Shown one piece after another: positions 1-9,919 of a stretch of DNA of 64,000 bases. The position numbers and the translations under genes were made by a program. A model generated the notes under the pieces. It was not told the DNA's origin and ran no database searches. It saw only the letters and a list, made by a program, of their open reading frames with translations. Each line of letters begins with the position of its first letter. Positions within the stretch are counted from its first letter, which is position 1. Source of the stretch: Rickettsiales bacterium (lineage in GTDB: Bacteria > Pseudomonadota > Alphaproteobacteria > Rickettsiales > UBA8987); NCBI GenBank assembly GCA_020630095.1, contig JAHDCD010000001.1, forward strand, positions 133,698 to 197,697, in the 5' to 3' direction.

Positions 1-336
1 CGTACGTTGCTTAGCATCAAAACGCGCTGAAAAAGATTGATCAATTATTTTAGCATCTAAAATTGAGATGGGCTTGCCTTGTGAGTGAAAGTTTAGGCCT
101 TCGCGTATTTGGTATTCATCCCATTTATCATTTTTTAAAGTGAAATCTACAACTTGCCCTTTTGCATGAACGCCAGCATCGGTTCTACCGGCTACTGTAG
201 TTTTTGGCTTTTCATTGGTTAACTTGTAAAGAGCATCTTCTAAAATTTCTTGAACAGTTGGTGCATCGTCTTGAATTTGGTAGCCACTTAAGTTAGTGCC
301 ATCGTACTCTAGAGTTATTTTAAACTTACTTGCCAT
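1..336 (-). CDS. truA: tRNA pseudouridine synthase A (TruA), N-terminal part; gene runs off the left edge
   Basis: Not in ORF track (edge-truncated). Manual minus-strand translation from ATG at 336: MASKFKITLEYDGTNLSGYQIQDDAPTVQEILEDALYKLTNEKPKTTVAGRTDAGVHAKGQVVDF... GRTDAGVHA is the TruA catalytic-Asp motif. Overlaps the rnpA stop by 11 nt. Confidence 0.85.
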   Translation of the reverse strand, partial: MASKFKITLEYDGTNLSGYQIQDDAPTVQEILEDALYKLTNEKPKTTVAGRTDAGVHAKGQVVDFTLKNDKWDEYQIREGLNFHSQGKPISILDAKIIDQSFSARFDAKQRT

Positions 337-658
337 TGTTAACTTGATTTAATGCCCATACAAAATCTTTCTTTAGGGCTTCGTACTCTCGATTTAAGGT
401 GTTTGGTGTGGCGATAAAATTATATAAAATGTTTTCTTTTTTATATTTATCAAATACTTCGCTTAATATTGCGCGGTAACGGCGTTTAACTAGGTTCCTG
501 TCAACTGCGCGTTTAGATATTTTCTTAGAAACAGTTAGTCCGTAAAGGGCAGGGCCTTCGTAATTTACGTGAACTAATAGTAATCCCTTAGACTTAATTA
601 ATATGCCTTCTTTCCTTAATCTGCGGAAGTGATGTAGGGATGTTATTGTATTTTTCAT
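326..658 (-). CDS. rnpA: Ribonuclease P protein component
   Basis: ORF 326..685. Basic core GLTVSKKISKRAVDRNLVKRRYRAIL is typical of RnpA. ATG at 658 (MKNTITSL...) is preferred over the TTG at 685. No room for rpmH upstream. Confidence 0.85.
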   Translation of the reverse strand: MKNTITSLHHFRRLRKEGILIKSKGLLLVHVNYEGPALYGLTVSKKISKRAVDRNLVKRRYRAILSEVFDKYKKENILYNFIATPNTLNREYEALKKDFVWALNQVNNGK

Positions 659-747
659 TTTCAATGGTCGCACGGGCTTGCCCAAGTTGTTCGCTACGCT
701 CCAACCCTTCGGGTGCAGTATGCACTTCTTAGGCCCTTCGCTCCCGA

Positions 748-1668
748 TTATCCTCTAACTTCAACGTAAGTTTCGTTATAAAGTTCGTTCATAAACTTTT
801 CGCCTTCACGTTTCATTTTTTGTAATAGGATTTTTTCCTTAACCTTATTTTTAGTTAAATTTGAAGAAAGATTTTTAACCTCGCCGATTCTAATTAGGCG
901 GTAAGCGTCTAAGTCATTATCATATACTGGACGTGTAGTGGTATTTCTAGCAACGTTGCCAACGATATCTTTTAATTTTTTACTTAAACGTTCTTCGTTA
1001 ATAAACCCTAGACGGCCACCTTTTGGAGCGGTAGGGCTTTCAGAAAATTCTTTAGCAATTCTCATGAATTTTGTAGAAGTATCGGCTTTTTTATATAATT
1101 CGTTTACGATTAATTTTGTGTCTTCCTTAGTGCCAGATACTGTAATAAGTATTTCAAATACTTCGATTTCTCTACCTGTTATCTCGCTTTTTAATTCGTT
1201 ATATCTAGCGTTAACTTCATCATCAGATACGCTTACTAAAGGGCGAACTTTTGCCGCTAGAATTTTTTGCCATAAAACTTGAGCGCGTAAATTATCTAAT
1301 GTTGCAGCTAGTGATACGTTTTCTTTAACTAATGTTTCAGCAAACTCTTGGGGAGTTTTTCTGTTCATTTTTGCTAATTCAGCAAAGGCATTATTAACTT
1401 CTGCATCTTTTATAGAAACATTAAATTGATTAGCGAATTTCTTTTGTAACTTCTCATTAATTAGGTTTTGTAAGGCTTTATCGGCAATTTCTTGTCTGGC
1501 ACTTAAAGTATCCGGTTTGCCAGAAGACTTAACCATAAGCTCTATTCTTTTATCAAGAGTGGCAGAAGATATTGCCTCTTCACCCACCTTGGCAACAATA
1601 TCTGCTGTGCCTGCGTAAACGCTTAGGCTTAAAAATAAAATAGAAATTGATGTTAATGTTTTAATCAT
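748..1668 (-). CDS. Periplasmic SurA-like chaperone with parvulin-type PPIase-like domain
   Basis: 306 aa with signal peptide MIKTLTSISILFLSLSVYAG. SurA_N-like helical region followed by a parvulin-like segment (FMRIAKEFSESPTAPKGGRLGFI). Confidence 0.6.
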   Translation of the reverse strand: MIKTLTSISILFLSLSVYAGTADIVAKVGEEAISSATLDKRIELMVKSSGKPDTLSARQEIADKALQNLINEKLQKKFANQFNVSIKDAEVNNAFAELAKMNRKTPQEFAETLVKENVSLAATLDNLRAQVLWQKILAAKVRPLVSVSDDEVNARYNELKSEITGREIEVFEILITVSGTKEDTKLIVNELYKKADTSTKFMRIAKEFSESPTAPKGGRLGFINEERLSKKLKDIVGNVARNTTTRPVYDNDLDAYRLIRIGEVKNLSSNLTKNKVKEKILLQKMKREGEKFMNELYNETYVEVRG

Positions 1669-1688
1669 GGTTTTTGTTTAAATCGTAC

Positions 1689-1718
1689 TTGACTTATTAC
1701 TTGTTTTAGTGCTATATA
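1689..1718 (+). promoter_or_regulatory. Putative sigma70-type promoter of rpmB
   Basis: TTGACT (1689-1694), 18-nt spacer, TATATA (1713-1718). GAGG Shine-Dalgarno at 1733 before ATG 1743. Confidence 0.4.
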
Positions 1719-1742
1719 CCTTCTCAATTTATTGAGGTCAAC

Positions 1743-2042
1743 ATGTCAAGAATTTGCGATTTAACAGATAAGAAAGCACAAAGCGGTAACAACGTATCGC
1801 ACTCTAACCGTAAGTCTAGAAGAAAATTTAAAGTTAACTTACATAGAGTTAGCTTATTTTCAGAAGCTTTAGGCGCACGCGTGCCATTAAAACTTGCTGC
1901 ATCTACGTTAAGAACCATTGACTTCAAAGGCGGTCTAGATAGTTTCTTAGTTAACACTAAAAATAACAAACTGTCGGGCAATGCAATCAAGCTTAAAAAG
2001 AAAATTCAAAAAGCAATCACTGAAAAAGAAGTTACTAACTAG
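1743..2042 (+). CDS. rpmB: 50S ribosomal protein L28
   Basis: 99 aa. MSRICDLTDKKAQSGNNVSHSNRKSRRKFKVNLH is the L28 signature; long alphaproteobacterial form. Confidence 0.95.
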   Translation: MSRICDLTDKKAQSGNNVSHSNRKSRRKFKVNLHRVSLFSEALGARVPLKLAASTLRTIDFKGGLDSFLVNTKNNKLSGNAIKLKKKIQKAITEKEVTN

Positions 2043-2517
2043 TCTTCTTTCTATTTTTATTTTATCTAGTTTTTCTAGCGCTAATGCGGAAGAGTCTAAT
2101 TATGCCAATATGAAGGCATCTGAGGCTAATTTGCGTGTTGGGCCGGGGTTACAATATGACGTTTATTTTAAGTTATCTAAGGCTGATGTTCCGCTTAAAG
2201 TAGTGGATGAATTTGAGCACTGGCGCAAAGTTGAAGATTTTGACGGCGACCAAGGTTGGGTTCATAAAGCGCTTTTAAATAAGAAAAGAACTGGTGTAAT
2301 TACTAATGTTGGTACAACAACCCCATACGTAAGTATTTATGAAGAGCCGTTATTTGATGCTGAAATTTTAGCTAATCTGGAATCTGGTGTGATTATTTCA
2401 ATTGAAGAATGTGCTGAGAGCTTTTGTTTAATTTCAAAAGAGCATGATGATAATATCTATCAAGGTTGGTTACCAAAATCTAATATTTGGGGTGTGGATA
2501 CTGCTGAAGTATTTTAG
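1981..2517 (+). CDS. Secreted bacterial SH3-domain protein (DUF1058-like)
   Basis: Signal peptide ending SSANA/EE. ANLRVGPGLQYDV...GDQGWVHKALL matches the SH3b pattern. The listed ATG overlaps rpmB by 62 nt, so the true start is uncertain. Confidence 0.6.
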   Translation: MQSSLKRKFKKQSLKKKLLTSLLSIFILSSFSSANAEESNYANMKASEANLRVGPGLQYDVYFKLSKADVPLKVVDEFEHWRKVEDFDGDQGWVHKALLNKKRTGVITNVGTTTPYVSIYEEPLFDAEILANLESGVIISIEECAESFCLISKEHDDNIYQGWLPKSNIWGVDTAEVF

Positions 2518-2518
2518 T

Positions 2519-5500
2519 TTATCCAACTTCTAAAGTTTGATCTTGAGTCTCTACTCTAGCTGGTAGATCGCCATATTTTTCTTGAATTTCTTTTCCATTA
2601 TATGATGCGGCGAACCCTTTCCCTGTTTTTGTGTCTTCTGGGGAAATAACGGTTTCTACTTTTGCTTTATTGCCAACTATTGGCTGAGCGATAACAACCA
2701 TTTTTCCGTTCTCTTGAGTTTCTATCGGGTAAACGACTTTATGTTGTTCGGCTAAATCTTCATTAACTGTAAATGTTATAGATCCATCTTCATTTAAATT
2801 AACATGATCAGGGTGATAAAACACCACGGCATCCCCTGTAGGCTCTATTTTGCCATTTTTTCTGGCGCAAACATATTTAGTTTCACTATCTCGACTTTTA
2901 TCGGAGTTGTATTCTTTTATTGCATCCGCTTTTTGTTGTGTATTTGTGTTATCTTTAATACCAATTTTATCGCCTAAAGAGGTGCTTTTATATGTATCTG
3001 GCGCAGATGCTACAGGAGTTGGTGCATCTCTTCCTTCTTGTTCATTGCCCTCGATTGCGGATTCAATTGTATTTGGTGCGTTAAGCTCCTTGTCTGTTTC
3101 GGGTTCTTCTTCAATAGAATTATTTTTGCTAAGAATTTGCTCTCTATTTATACCTAGCTTCTTGGCTAATTTACTTTGAAGCTTTTCTAAAATATCTGGT
3201 TCGTAGATAGTTTCTTCCAATTTATTATCTAGGAAAGTATATGCTAATTCTTTTGATTCGTCCTCATTCTTACCTAGTTCTTTATATGTATTTACTAAGC
3301 TATCGAAGTTGTTTTTAAGATTTTCGTTAACTACCCTTAAGGCAATTTCATCTATTTTTTCTTCAAATCGTTCAATTCTTTCATCAAGTTGCCTTTTTTT
3401 ATCGTCTAAACTTGTCCAACCCCATTGAGTTGTTCCATGTAAGCTTTCTCTGCCTTTATCGGCTATTTTTTCTTTTATATCGTCTTTTCTTGCTTCAAGT
3501 TTTATTACTTTTTCTTCAAGCCTATTGGATTTTTTTTCTATATGTTTTTCTAATTTCTTTTGCGTTTTCTTTATCTCTTCTAAGGTGTCAACTGTGGTAT
3601 CAACTAATTTTTTAATGCCACCACCTTCACCGCGTAGGGTATCAAACTTGCCTTCTGTAAAGAAGTCATCTAATACGTCGCGAGTTGTATCGGCTTCTTG
3701 TGCTGTAGATATAACTTGTAAAACTTCTTTATAATCTTCTTCAAGTTCAGCTTGATCAATTCCAGAGTGAGATACTATATTTTCTAAAGTGTCCTTTGCG
3801 TATTGAATTGATTCTTCGGTATAGTTTTCGGCAACAAATTGGCTCTGTTCTAAATAGATACCTAGTGCGATGATATTCTTTTTATTACCATCTATTGCGC
3901 CTTTTCTTAATGGGCCGTCTTTAAATGTTCCGTTAAGTAGGTCGGACATTTGTTTATGAACGCCTATGTGAATTTTATTGCTTACCTTGAAGTCATAGTT
4001 ATTTTCATCCCAAGATCTTTCTAGCTTAATGCTTCTTGGGTAATATTCTCTTTCAGGCTCGTTATCTTCTAACTCAAGTTCATCACCGCCATCTATTGCT
4101 GGTGTAATATTTTCTGGATTATCTATAGAGCTTTCTGCTTTATCTAATGTGTCTAGATAAGGAGTTTCTTTATCTATAAATTTATTAAGTACTTTAGACC
4201 CAAGTTGAGTAAGTGCTGGAGCGGATAGGGTAAAGGCGCTGTAAGCGGCTAATGTTGCTGGGTATATTATAGGTGCTCCAAGTGTAGAACTTACTATACT
4301 TGCAGTTGCGCTGGTAAGTCCAAGTAGAGCTAGAGCTTCTCTTGGGGCTGTTTTAGGTCCCCATATTTTCGTTACGGCTATATCTATAGCTCTTTTTGTT
4401 TCGGCAAATCTTTCTTTAGGGCTTTTTCTATGAACATTCTCAGCAGTTAGTGTATCAACGTCTATATCCTCTGCATCTGCTGGAGTAGTTTCTTCTGTAG
4501 GTATCCCTGTAGTTTCGTTTGAATTTGCTTCAAGAGATTTGGAGGGTTTTCTTTTTTGACTTTCCTCTGGCGCGGGTGCGGGTGGAGCTGTAAGGGGTGT
4601 TATGGGCGCAGTAATAGGTTTTGTTTTTTGGTCGGGTAACTTCTCTATTTCGTCCTCTGCTTTTATAGCTGCAGGGGTAGCTTGCTCGTTAGCAAGTAGA
4701 TTCTCATTAACAACATTAAGTACCGCCTGAGATAAAGCTAATTCTTGCTCTTTTGATATACCATTTACGCTGAATGCACCAATAGCAGACATTACATCAA
4801 TATATTGAGCTATAGGTTTAAGTAACAATTCTATTTCTTTGGCTTTAGGAACATTATCATCATCAAATAGTTTTAATATTTGATTAGATATATTTTTTAT
4901 TTCTGTCTGTTTACCTGTTACATCTAGTGTTGAGCTTGTTGTAAATATGGTTAGTTCTTTTTTTTCCTCTTCTAATGCAGGCTCTTCTGTAAGAGGTTTA
5001 TCTTTTTTATTAAAAGGATTAAACTTTGAAAAGAAACTAGATTTATTGGGCTTAGTAATTTTATCAGGTTTTTCTGGGGCTTCATCAACTTCAAAAAAAG
5101 ATTTTTTTGGTAAAAACTTCGAAAGATGCTTTCCATCCGCATGATCAAATACGGCTTTTGCTTCTTCAGGAGATACAGTTTTAGGTTTGTTGGGTGATTC
5201 GTATTCAACGATTGGAAACTCACTACTTTTATACCTATCAGATGATAATGGTCTTCCGTCAATAAGGAGTCTATAGCTTTTATCTAATCCTGCTTCATCA
5301 ACGGCTTGATTGTAAAAAATTGATAAAACTTTTGTTAAATCAATATTATCGTTACTTAGTTCAATTATATTTCCAGTTCTATTTTTTAAGTTTTCTTTTA
5401 GCTTAGTTAATGTTTCTTCATATCTAATTCGTTTTGTTTGATCACCTTGGTTGTTTTCAAGGTCATCAGCAGCGATGTAAAACTCTTTTATAGTTTGATT

Positions 5501-5602
5501 AAGGCTAATTGCGTAATATGAAGCATCGCTTTGAGAAATGTCGCTAGAGAATGTAATGATGGTATCATTATATTCTGTTATGTTTGAATTATCTTCTGCC
5601 AT
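2519..5602 (-). CDS. Large acidic coiled-coil ORFan protein (1027 aa) with central bilobed hydrophobic segment
   Basis: Long uninterrupted ORF. Pro-rich linker PITAPITPLTAPPAPAPEE. Two adjacent hydrophobic helices at about residues 423-468 (4199..4336). Long Glu/Lys-rich heptad-like stretches. No recognisable enzymatic motif. Confidence 0.7.
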   Translation of the reverse strand: MAEDNSNITEYNDTIITFSSDISQSDASYYAISLNQTIKEFYIAADDLENNQGDQTKRIRYEETLTKLKENLKNRTGNIIELSNDNIDLTKVLSIFYNQAVDEAGLDKSYRLLIDGRPLSSDRYKSSEFPIVEYESPNKPKTVSPEEAKAVFDHADGKHLSKFLPKKSFFEVDEAPEKPDKITKPNKSSFFSKFNPFNKKDKPLTEEPALEEEKKELTIFTTSSTLDVTGKQTEIKNISNQILKLFDDDNVPKAKEIELLLKPIAQYIDVMSAIGAFSVNGISKEQELALSQAVLNVVNENLLANEQATPAAIKAEDEIEKLPDQKTKPITAPITPLTAPPAPAPEESQKRKPSKSLEANSNETTGIPTEETTPADAEDIDVDTLTAENVHRKSPKERFAETKRAIDIAVTKIWGPKTAPREALALLGLTSATASIVSSTLGAPIIYPATLAAYSAFTLSAPALTQLGSKVLNKFIDKETPYLDTLDKAESSIDNPENITPAIDGGDELELEDNEPEREYYPRSIKLERSWDENNYDFKVSNKIHIGVHKQMSDLLNGTFKDGPLRKGAIDGNKKNIIALGIYLEQSQFVAENYTEESIQYAKDTLENIVSHSGIDQAELEEDYKEVLQVISTAQEADTTRDVLDDFFTEGKFDTLRGEGGGIKKLVDTTVDTLEEIKKTQKKLEKHIEKKSNRLEEKVIKLEARKDDIKEKIADKGRESLHGTTQWGWTSLDDKKRQLDERIERFEEKIDEIALRVVNENLKNNFDSLVNTYKELGKNEDESKELAYTFLDNKLEETIYEPDILEKLQSKLAKKLGINREQILSKNNSIEEEPETDKELNAPNTIESAIEGNEQEGRDAPTPVASAPDTYKSTSLGDKIGIKDNTNTQQKADAIKEYNSDKSRDSETKYVCARKNGKIEPTGDAVVFYHPDHVNLNEDGSITFTVNEDLAEQHKVVYPIETQENGKMVVIAQPIVGNKAKVETVISPEDTKTGKGFAASYNGKEIQEKYGDLPARVETQDQTLEVG

Positions 5603-5620
5603 ATATCACTCAACACTTTA

Positions 5621-5653
5621 AGTTTAAATGGCAAAGGTTAACAAAAGGTTAAC
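5621..5653 (-). promoter_or_regulatory. CtrA-type box (TTAA-N7-TTAAC) plus -10-like hexamer upstream of the 1027-aa ORFan
   Basis: Plus strand 5638-5653 is TTAAcaaaaggTTAAC (GTTAAC at both halves). In gene orientation, 11 nt then TAAACT (5626-5621), then 18 nt to ATG 5602. Confidence 0.5.
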
Positions 5654-5686
5654 TTGAAGTAGAAATGTTAACTAAAAATAGGGTTT

Positions 5687-7513
5687 TTAGGCCGCTTCTT
5701 CGCTGTTCTTTTCTTCCTCTGTTGAGTTTTTCTTTTCTAGTAGCTCGCGTGCTTTAAGGCTTAGTTGAACGTTAAGCTCGCGTAGTTGTTTATCGTCAAC
5801 TAGGGCAGGGGCATTCATAAGTAAGTCTTGCGCCTTTTGATTCATAGGGAATGCAATAACTTCGCGGATATTAGGTTCATCACAAAGTAGCATTACAATT
5901 CTGTCGATACCTGGGGCAATACCACCATGTGGAGGAGCGCCAAACTTGAATGCGCGGATCATGCCGCCGAATTTCTCGTCAACAAAGGCTTCGTCGTAGC
6001 CAACAATGCCAAATGCTTTGTACATAATTTCTGGCTTGTGGTTACGAATTGCGCCAGATGAAAGTTCGATTCCGTTACAAACAATATCATACTGGTATGC
6101 TTTTATGGCAAGTAGATCTTCATCTGTTTTTGCGTTTTCTAGCACTTCCATTTCGCCTTGAGGCATTGAGAATGGGTTGTGTGAGAAGTCTATTTTGCCT
6201 TCGTCTTCATTATATTCGAAGTAAGGGAAGTCTACTACCCAGCAGAATTTGAATTCATTTTCATTTATTAAATCTAGGTCGTTCGCAAGTTCAACACGAA
6301 CCTTGCCCGCTAATTCTGCGGCGAAAAGTTCTGCACCAGCGGAGAAGAATACAGCATCGCCTGCGCCAGCGTTAGCTGTTTGCTTAATTTGTTCAATGCG
6401 GTCGGCATCTAAGTTGTTAGCAATAGGGCCTTTGCCATTGCCTTCTTCGTCGAAGTTAATGTAGCCCAAACCTTTTGCGCCGTGGCTTTGTGCGAATTCG
6501 ATTTTCTTATCGAAGAAGCTTCTTGCCTTTGTGCCGCATTTTGGTGCTGGAATTGCACGGACAACTTGCCCCGCTTCAACTGTTTTAGCGAATATGCCGA
6601 AGCCTGAGCCACGGAATATTTCGGATACGTCCGTTATCTCTAAATCGTAGCGTAAATCTGGCTTGTCCGAGCCGTATTTTAGCATTGCATCATCGTATGT
6701 GATGCGTGGGAATGGAGTTGACGTTACTTTTTTATCGGTGAATTTTGTGAATATGTGATTCATTAAATTCTCAGTTATTTCAAATACTTCATCTTGCGTT
6801 ACGAAGCTCATCTCCATATCTAGCTGGTAGAATTCACCAGGGGAGCGGTCTGCTCTAGCGTCTTCATCGCGGAAGCAAGGGGCAATTTGGAAATAGCGGT
6901 CGAAACCTGATACCATTAATAATTGCTTAAATTGCTGAGGGGCTTGCGGTAGTGCGTAGAAATGCCCAGGGTGGACACGGCTTGGCACTAAATAATCACG
7001 TGCGCCTTCTGGCGAGCTTGCTGTTAATATTGGCGTTTGGAATTCGTTAAAATTTGCATCCGTCATGTATCGGCGGATTTCGCTAATTACATTAGACCTT
7101 AGTAATATGTTCTTGTGTAGCTTGTCTTTTCTTAAATCTAAGAAGCGGTATTTTAGGCGCGTAGATTCAGGAAATTCTTTATCTGAATTTACTTCTAGCG
7201 GTAAAACATCTGCCGCAGATTCTAGCGTTATAGATGTTGCTTTAATTTCTATTTCACCAGTTGCTAAATTTTTATTAACGGCTTCATCTGCACGGGCGAT
7301 AACTTCGCCTTCAACTGTAATTACGCTTTCGTAACGGATGTTAATATCTTCCTCGGTTACAATTTGCGTGATGCCGTAATGGTCGCGTAAATCGATGAAG
7401 AAAACGCCGCCATGGTCACGCTTACGGTGAACCCAGCCGGAAAGCTTTACGCTCTCGCCGATATCGGCTTTGTTTAGTTGGTTACAGGTATGTGATCTAT
7501 AAGGATTAGTCAT
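5687..7513 (-). CDS. aspS: Aspartate--tRNA ligase
   Basis: 608 aa. OB-fold N-terminus ([22 protein letters not shown]). Class II motifs ([29 protein letters not shown]). Short Glu/Lys-rich C-terminal tail. Confidence 0.95.
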   Translation of the reverse strand: MTNPYRSHTCNQLNKADIGESVKLSGWVHRKRDHGGVFFIDLRDHYGITQIVTEEDINIRYESVITVEGEVIARADEAVNKNLATGEIEIKATSITLESAADVLPLEVNSDKEFPESTRLKYRFLDLRKDKLHKNILLRSNVISEIRRYMTDANFNEFQTPILTASSPEGARDYLVPSRVHPGHFYALPQAPQQFKQLLMVSGFDRYFQIAPCFRDEDARADRSPGEFYQLDMEMSFVTQDEVFEITENLMNHIFTKFTDKKVTSTPFPRITYDDAMLKYGSDKPDLRYDLEITDVSEIFRGSGFGIFAKTVEAGQVVRAIPAPKCGTKARSFFDKKIEFAQSHGAKGLGYINFDEEGNGKGPIANNLDADRIEQIKQTANAGAGDAVFFSAGAELFAAELAGKVRVELANDLDLINENEFKFCWVVDFPYFEYNEDEGKIDFSHNPFSMPQGEMEVLENAKTDEDLLAIKAYQYDIVCNGIELSSGAIRNHKPEIMYKAFGIVGYDEAFVDEKFGGMIRAFKFGAPPHGGIAPGIDRIVMLLCDEPNIREVIAFPMNQKAQDLLMNAPALVDDKQLRELNVQLSLKARELLEKKNSTEEEKNSEEAA

Positions 7514-7598
7514 TGCGGTAATTGTTTACTTATTCATGCGGTTTTATTCAAGAAAAACCTTGCATAAGATGAGATTTTTGTACTATATATGTTGCACT

Positions 7599-8141
7599 AT
7601 GTCTTTAACTATTAAACAGAAAGAAGTTGCAGTTTGGTTAGTTGATAATACTACCCTTACTTTTGAACAAATTGCCGAATTTTGTAATCTACACCCTGTA
7701 GAGGTGCGTGGTATTGCTGATGGTGAGGTTGCAGCTAACTTTATGGGTGCTAACCCTGTTGGGCAAAAAATGATCTCTCTGGAGAATCTTGAAGATGCTC
7801 AAAAGGATAAAAATGTTGCACTTAAATTATTACCTGAGTTTGCGGCATATTTAAAATCTAATGAGAAGAAAACTTCTCGCTATACTCCGATTGCTCGTAG
7901 GCAGGATAAGCCAGATGCAATCTTATGGTTATTAAAGAAATATCCGACTATTAATGATTCGCAAATTTCGAAGTTAATAGGTACTACTAAGAAAACTATT
8001 ACTTCTATTCGTGATAAATCTCATAGTAAGTATCAGCAGTTAAAGCCTAAAGATCCTGTATTATTAGGTCTTTGTGGTCAGTCTGCGCTTAATATTGTTG
8101 CTGAAAAATTAGAAAAAGCGGCTGATAAAGAGTCTGCTTAA
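7599..8141 (+). CDS. trcR: DUF1013-family cell-cycle transcriptional regulator (TrcR-like)
   Basis: VAVWLVDNTTLTFEQIAEFCNLHPVEVRGIADGE matches the alphaproteobacterial DUF1013 N-terminus. ATG at 7599 is preferred over the ORF-track start at 7536. TTGCAT (7560) and TATATA (7584) lie 9 nt before the ATG. Confidence 0.7.
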   Translation: MSLTIKQKEVAVWLVDNTTLTFEQIAEFCNLHPVEVRGIADGEVAANFMGANPVGQKMISLENLEDAQKDKNVALKLLPEFAAYLKSNEKKTSRYTPIARRQDKPDAILWLLKKYPTINDSQISKLIGTTKKTITSIRDKSHSKYQQLKPKDPVLLGLCGQSALNIVAEKLEKAADKESA

Positions 8142-8148
8142 TCTATTT

Positions 8149-9291
8149 TTATTCTATAATTTCTGAAATACGTTTTCCGGTGGCTAATGATTGAGTCCAA
8201 CCTAGGAAGCCATTGCCTGAGCAAATGTAAGTATCTTCTTGTAATTGCTTGATAATTGGTTGTCCGTTGGGGGTGAAGGGGCGAAGGCATGCCCATTCTT
8301 CAGATTCATTGATATTGCTCTCTAGTTGTGGAAAAAGTTTAAGAGTTTGTTGTTTTAATAGTTTTATACGGCTTGGAGTGATATCGTAATTAAAGCCATT
8401 AAATTCACCTGTTCCAGCCGCGCGTAGTCGGTTGCCAAGTCTTGTGTAAACAATTTTTGTATCTTCATCCATTAAACTTCCCGAAATGCAGTTTTCATCT
8501 TTAATCGGTACTGTAATGCTATAGCCCTTAGTTGGGTATATGGGTAGTCTAAGCCTAAGTTGTTTTGCTAAATTATAAGAGTTTGCACCTGCGGCGATAA
8601 TGATTTTTTCATTATTATTTGGCTTGGTAATTTTGTACTCAGCATCAAATACAAATTTTACACCTTTCTTTTGTAGTAAAGACTTAAGCTCTGTGCAGAA
8701 AACGCGGGAATTGCCAATTTCATCTTGAGGGTGGTAAATACTACCTGCGATATCTTTTTTAACAGATTTGTTATACTCGTAAAATTCTGATTTATTTAAA
8801 CTTTCGTAATTTACGCCTGCGTTCTTGGAGTAATTTTTGAATTTCTCTAAGTCTTTGACGTTTTTAAATATATGATAAATTCCGCTTTGTTTAAATTCAA
8901 AATCAAATGGGAATTTTTCTTCTTTAAATAGCTCTTTGGTTTCAAAGCCTAGTTTTAAAATTTCTTTTATATTTTGCCTTTTTTTGTAAGGTAAGGCATT
9001 TATTGCATATTTAAATAACCAAGGTAATTGTCCGTTCTTGAAGGATGGGCGAATAAGCAGAGGTGCATCTTCTTTGCCAAGCCAGCTTATGCCTTTTAAT
9101 ATATTACCTAATGATGATATAGGGCCGACATCGCTATATGAAAGCTGACAGCCATTTTGGAAGGTGCATTCGCCAGCAGGGTGCGGTTGCCTGTCAATTA
9201 CTGTTATATTATTATAATTTTTTTTATGGATGAAATACGCGGCAGAAAGTCCAATAATTCCTGAGCCAATTATGGTGATTTTATTATCCAC
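8149..9291 (-). CDS. FAD-dependent oxidoreductase, D-amino-acid dehydrogenase (DadA)-like
   Basis: N-terminal GxGxxG (IIGSGIIGLSAAYF). PIYPTKGYSITVP and LRPFTPNGQPII resemble DadA-family motifs. Confidence 0.7.
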   Translation of the reverse strand: MDNKITIIGSGIIGLSAAYFIHKKNYNNITVIDRQPHPAGECTFQNGCQLSYSDVGPISSLGNILKGISWLGKEDAPLLIRPSFKNGQLPWLFKYAINALPYKKRQNIKEILKLGFETKELFKEEKFPFDFEFKQSGIYHIFKNVKDLEKFKNYSKNAGVNYESLNKSEFYEYNKSVKKDIAGSIYHPQDEIGNSRVFCTELKSLLQKKGVKFVFDAEYKITKPNNNEKIIIAAGANSYNLAKQLRLRLPIYPTKGYSITVPIKDENCISGSLMDEDTKIVYTRLGNRLRAAGTGEFNGFNYDITPSRIKLLKQQTLKLFPQLESNINESEEWACLRPFTPNGQPIIKQLQEDTYICSGNGFLGWTQSLATGKRISEIIE

Positions 9292-9330
9292 GGAATAAGG
9301 ATAGGGATTATATAGAATCTAGCAAATAGA

Positions 9331-9843
9331 TTATCTTGTTGGTGTGGTTACTGGTTTAGCTGAAGCGCTTGGAGTTACTGGTTTAGCTTCTGCACTTGGT
9401 ACAGGAGTTGCTCTAGGGGGAACTGGTTCAGCTTGAAAGGGTGTTGCTTTATCTAACTTTACCTTTCCACGCTCGCCTTTTTTTAGTTCTTGTATAGCTA
9501 TTTCATCTAATTCAAGTTGTGCAGGTAATTTAAAAATTGAGTCTTTTTGTCCTGTTTCTTGCTCTCTGGCTGATGCTTGAATTAAAGCTGCTAGACCTGT
9601 TGCTAATTCATCTGCTGATGGCTTTCTTTCTTTGTGTAAAGATTTTAGAGGTTTGTTCTTTTCTTTATCCTCTGTTAATGGAGTTATAGATTCTTGATAT
9701 TTTACTCTATCCATTCGAGATTCTTGATCTCGTGAAAGGACGCCATTACCATAAAAATGGTGTTGTTGTGTTTTATCTTCAGGTTTGTTAAGAAGTTTTT
9801 CTAAAATTTCACTAAAAATATTATTATTTTTATTATCTGCCAT
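9331..9843 (-). CDS. ORFan protein (170 aa), Pro/Thr/Ala-rich repeated C-terminus
   Basis: ORF with the box promoter. C-terminus KPVTPSASAKPVTTP is encoded by a duplicated gttactggtttagct segment (9344-9387). Confidence 0.6.
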   Translation of the reverse strand: MADNKNNNIFSEILEKLLNKPEDKTQQHHFYGNGVLSRDQESRMDRVKYQESITPLTEDKEKNKPLKSLHKERKPSADELATGLAALIQASAREQETGQKDSIFKLPAQLELDEIAIQELKKGERGKVKLDKATPFQAEPVPPRATPVPSAEAKPVTPSASAKPVTTPTR

Positions 9844-9850
9844 TGATTGA

Positions 9851-9883
9851 ATTGTAGCAGAGAAAGTTTAATAAAAAGTTAAC
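9851..9883 (-). promoter_or_regulatory. CtrA-type box plus -10, predicted leaderless promoter of ORF 9331..9843
   Basis: Plus strand 9868-9883 is TTAAtaaaaagTTAAC. In gene orientation: proximal TTAA, 11 nt, TACAAT (9856-9851), 7 nt, ATG 9843. No Shine-Dalgarno. Confidence 0.55.
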
Positions 9884-9919
9884 GTAATTATATAGGGCCT
9901 TAGTAGTGTAAAGCTTAAA

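Noticed and set aside
659-747. Looked for rpmH (L34) upstream of rnpA and for a structured element in the GC-rich 89-nt gap
   Set aside because: The gap is too short for the ~44-codon rpmH and no L34-like frame exists. Only small hairpins (gtgca-gta-tgcac, ccc-ttcg-ggg) are present, which is not enough for a call.
1981-2042. 62-nt overlap between rpmB and the SH3-domain gene, considered as a possible coupling or frameshift signal
   Set aside because: More likely the SH3 gene uses a later non-ATG start. The overlap only adds an unusually long basic n-region to the signal peptide.
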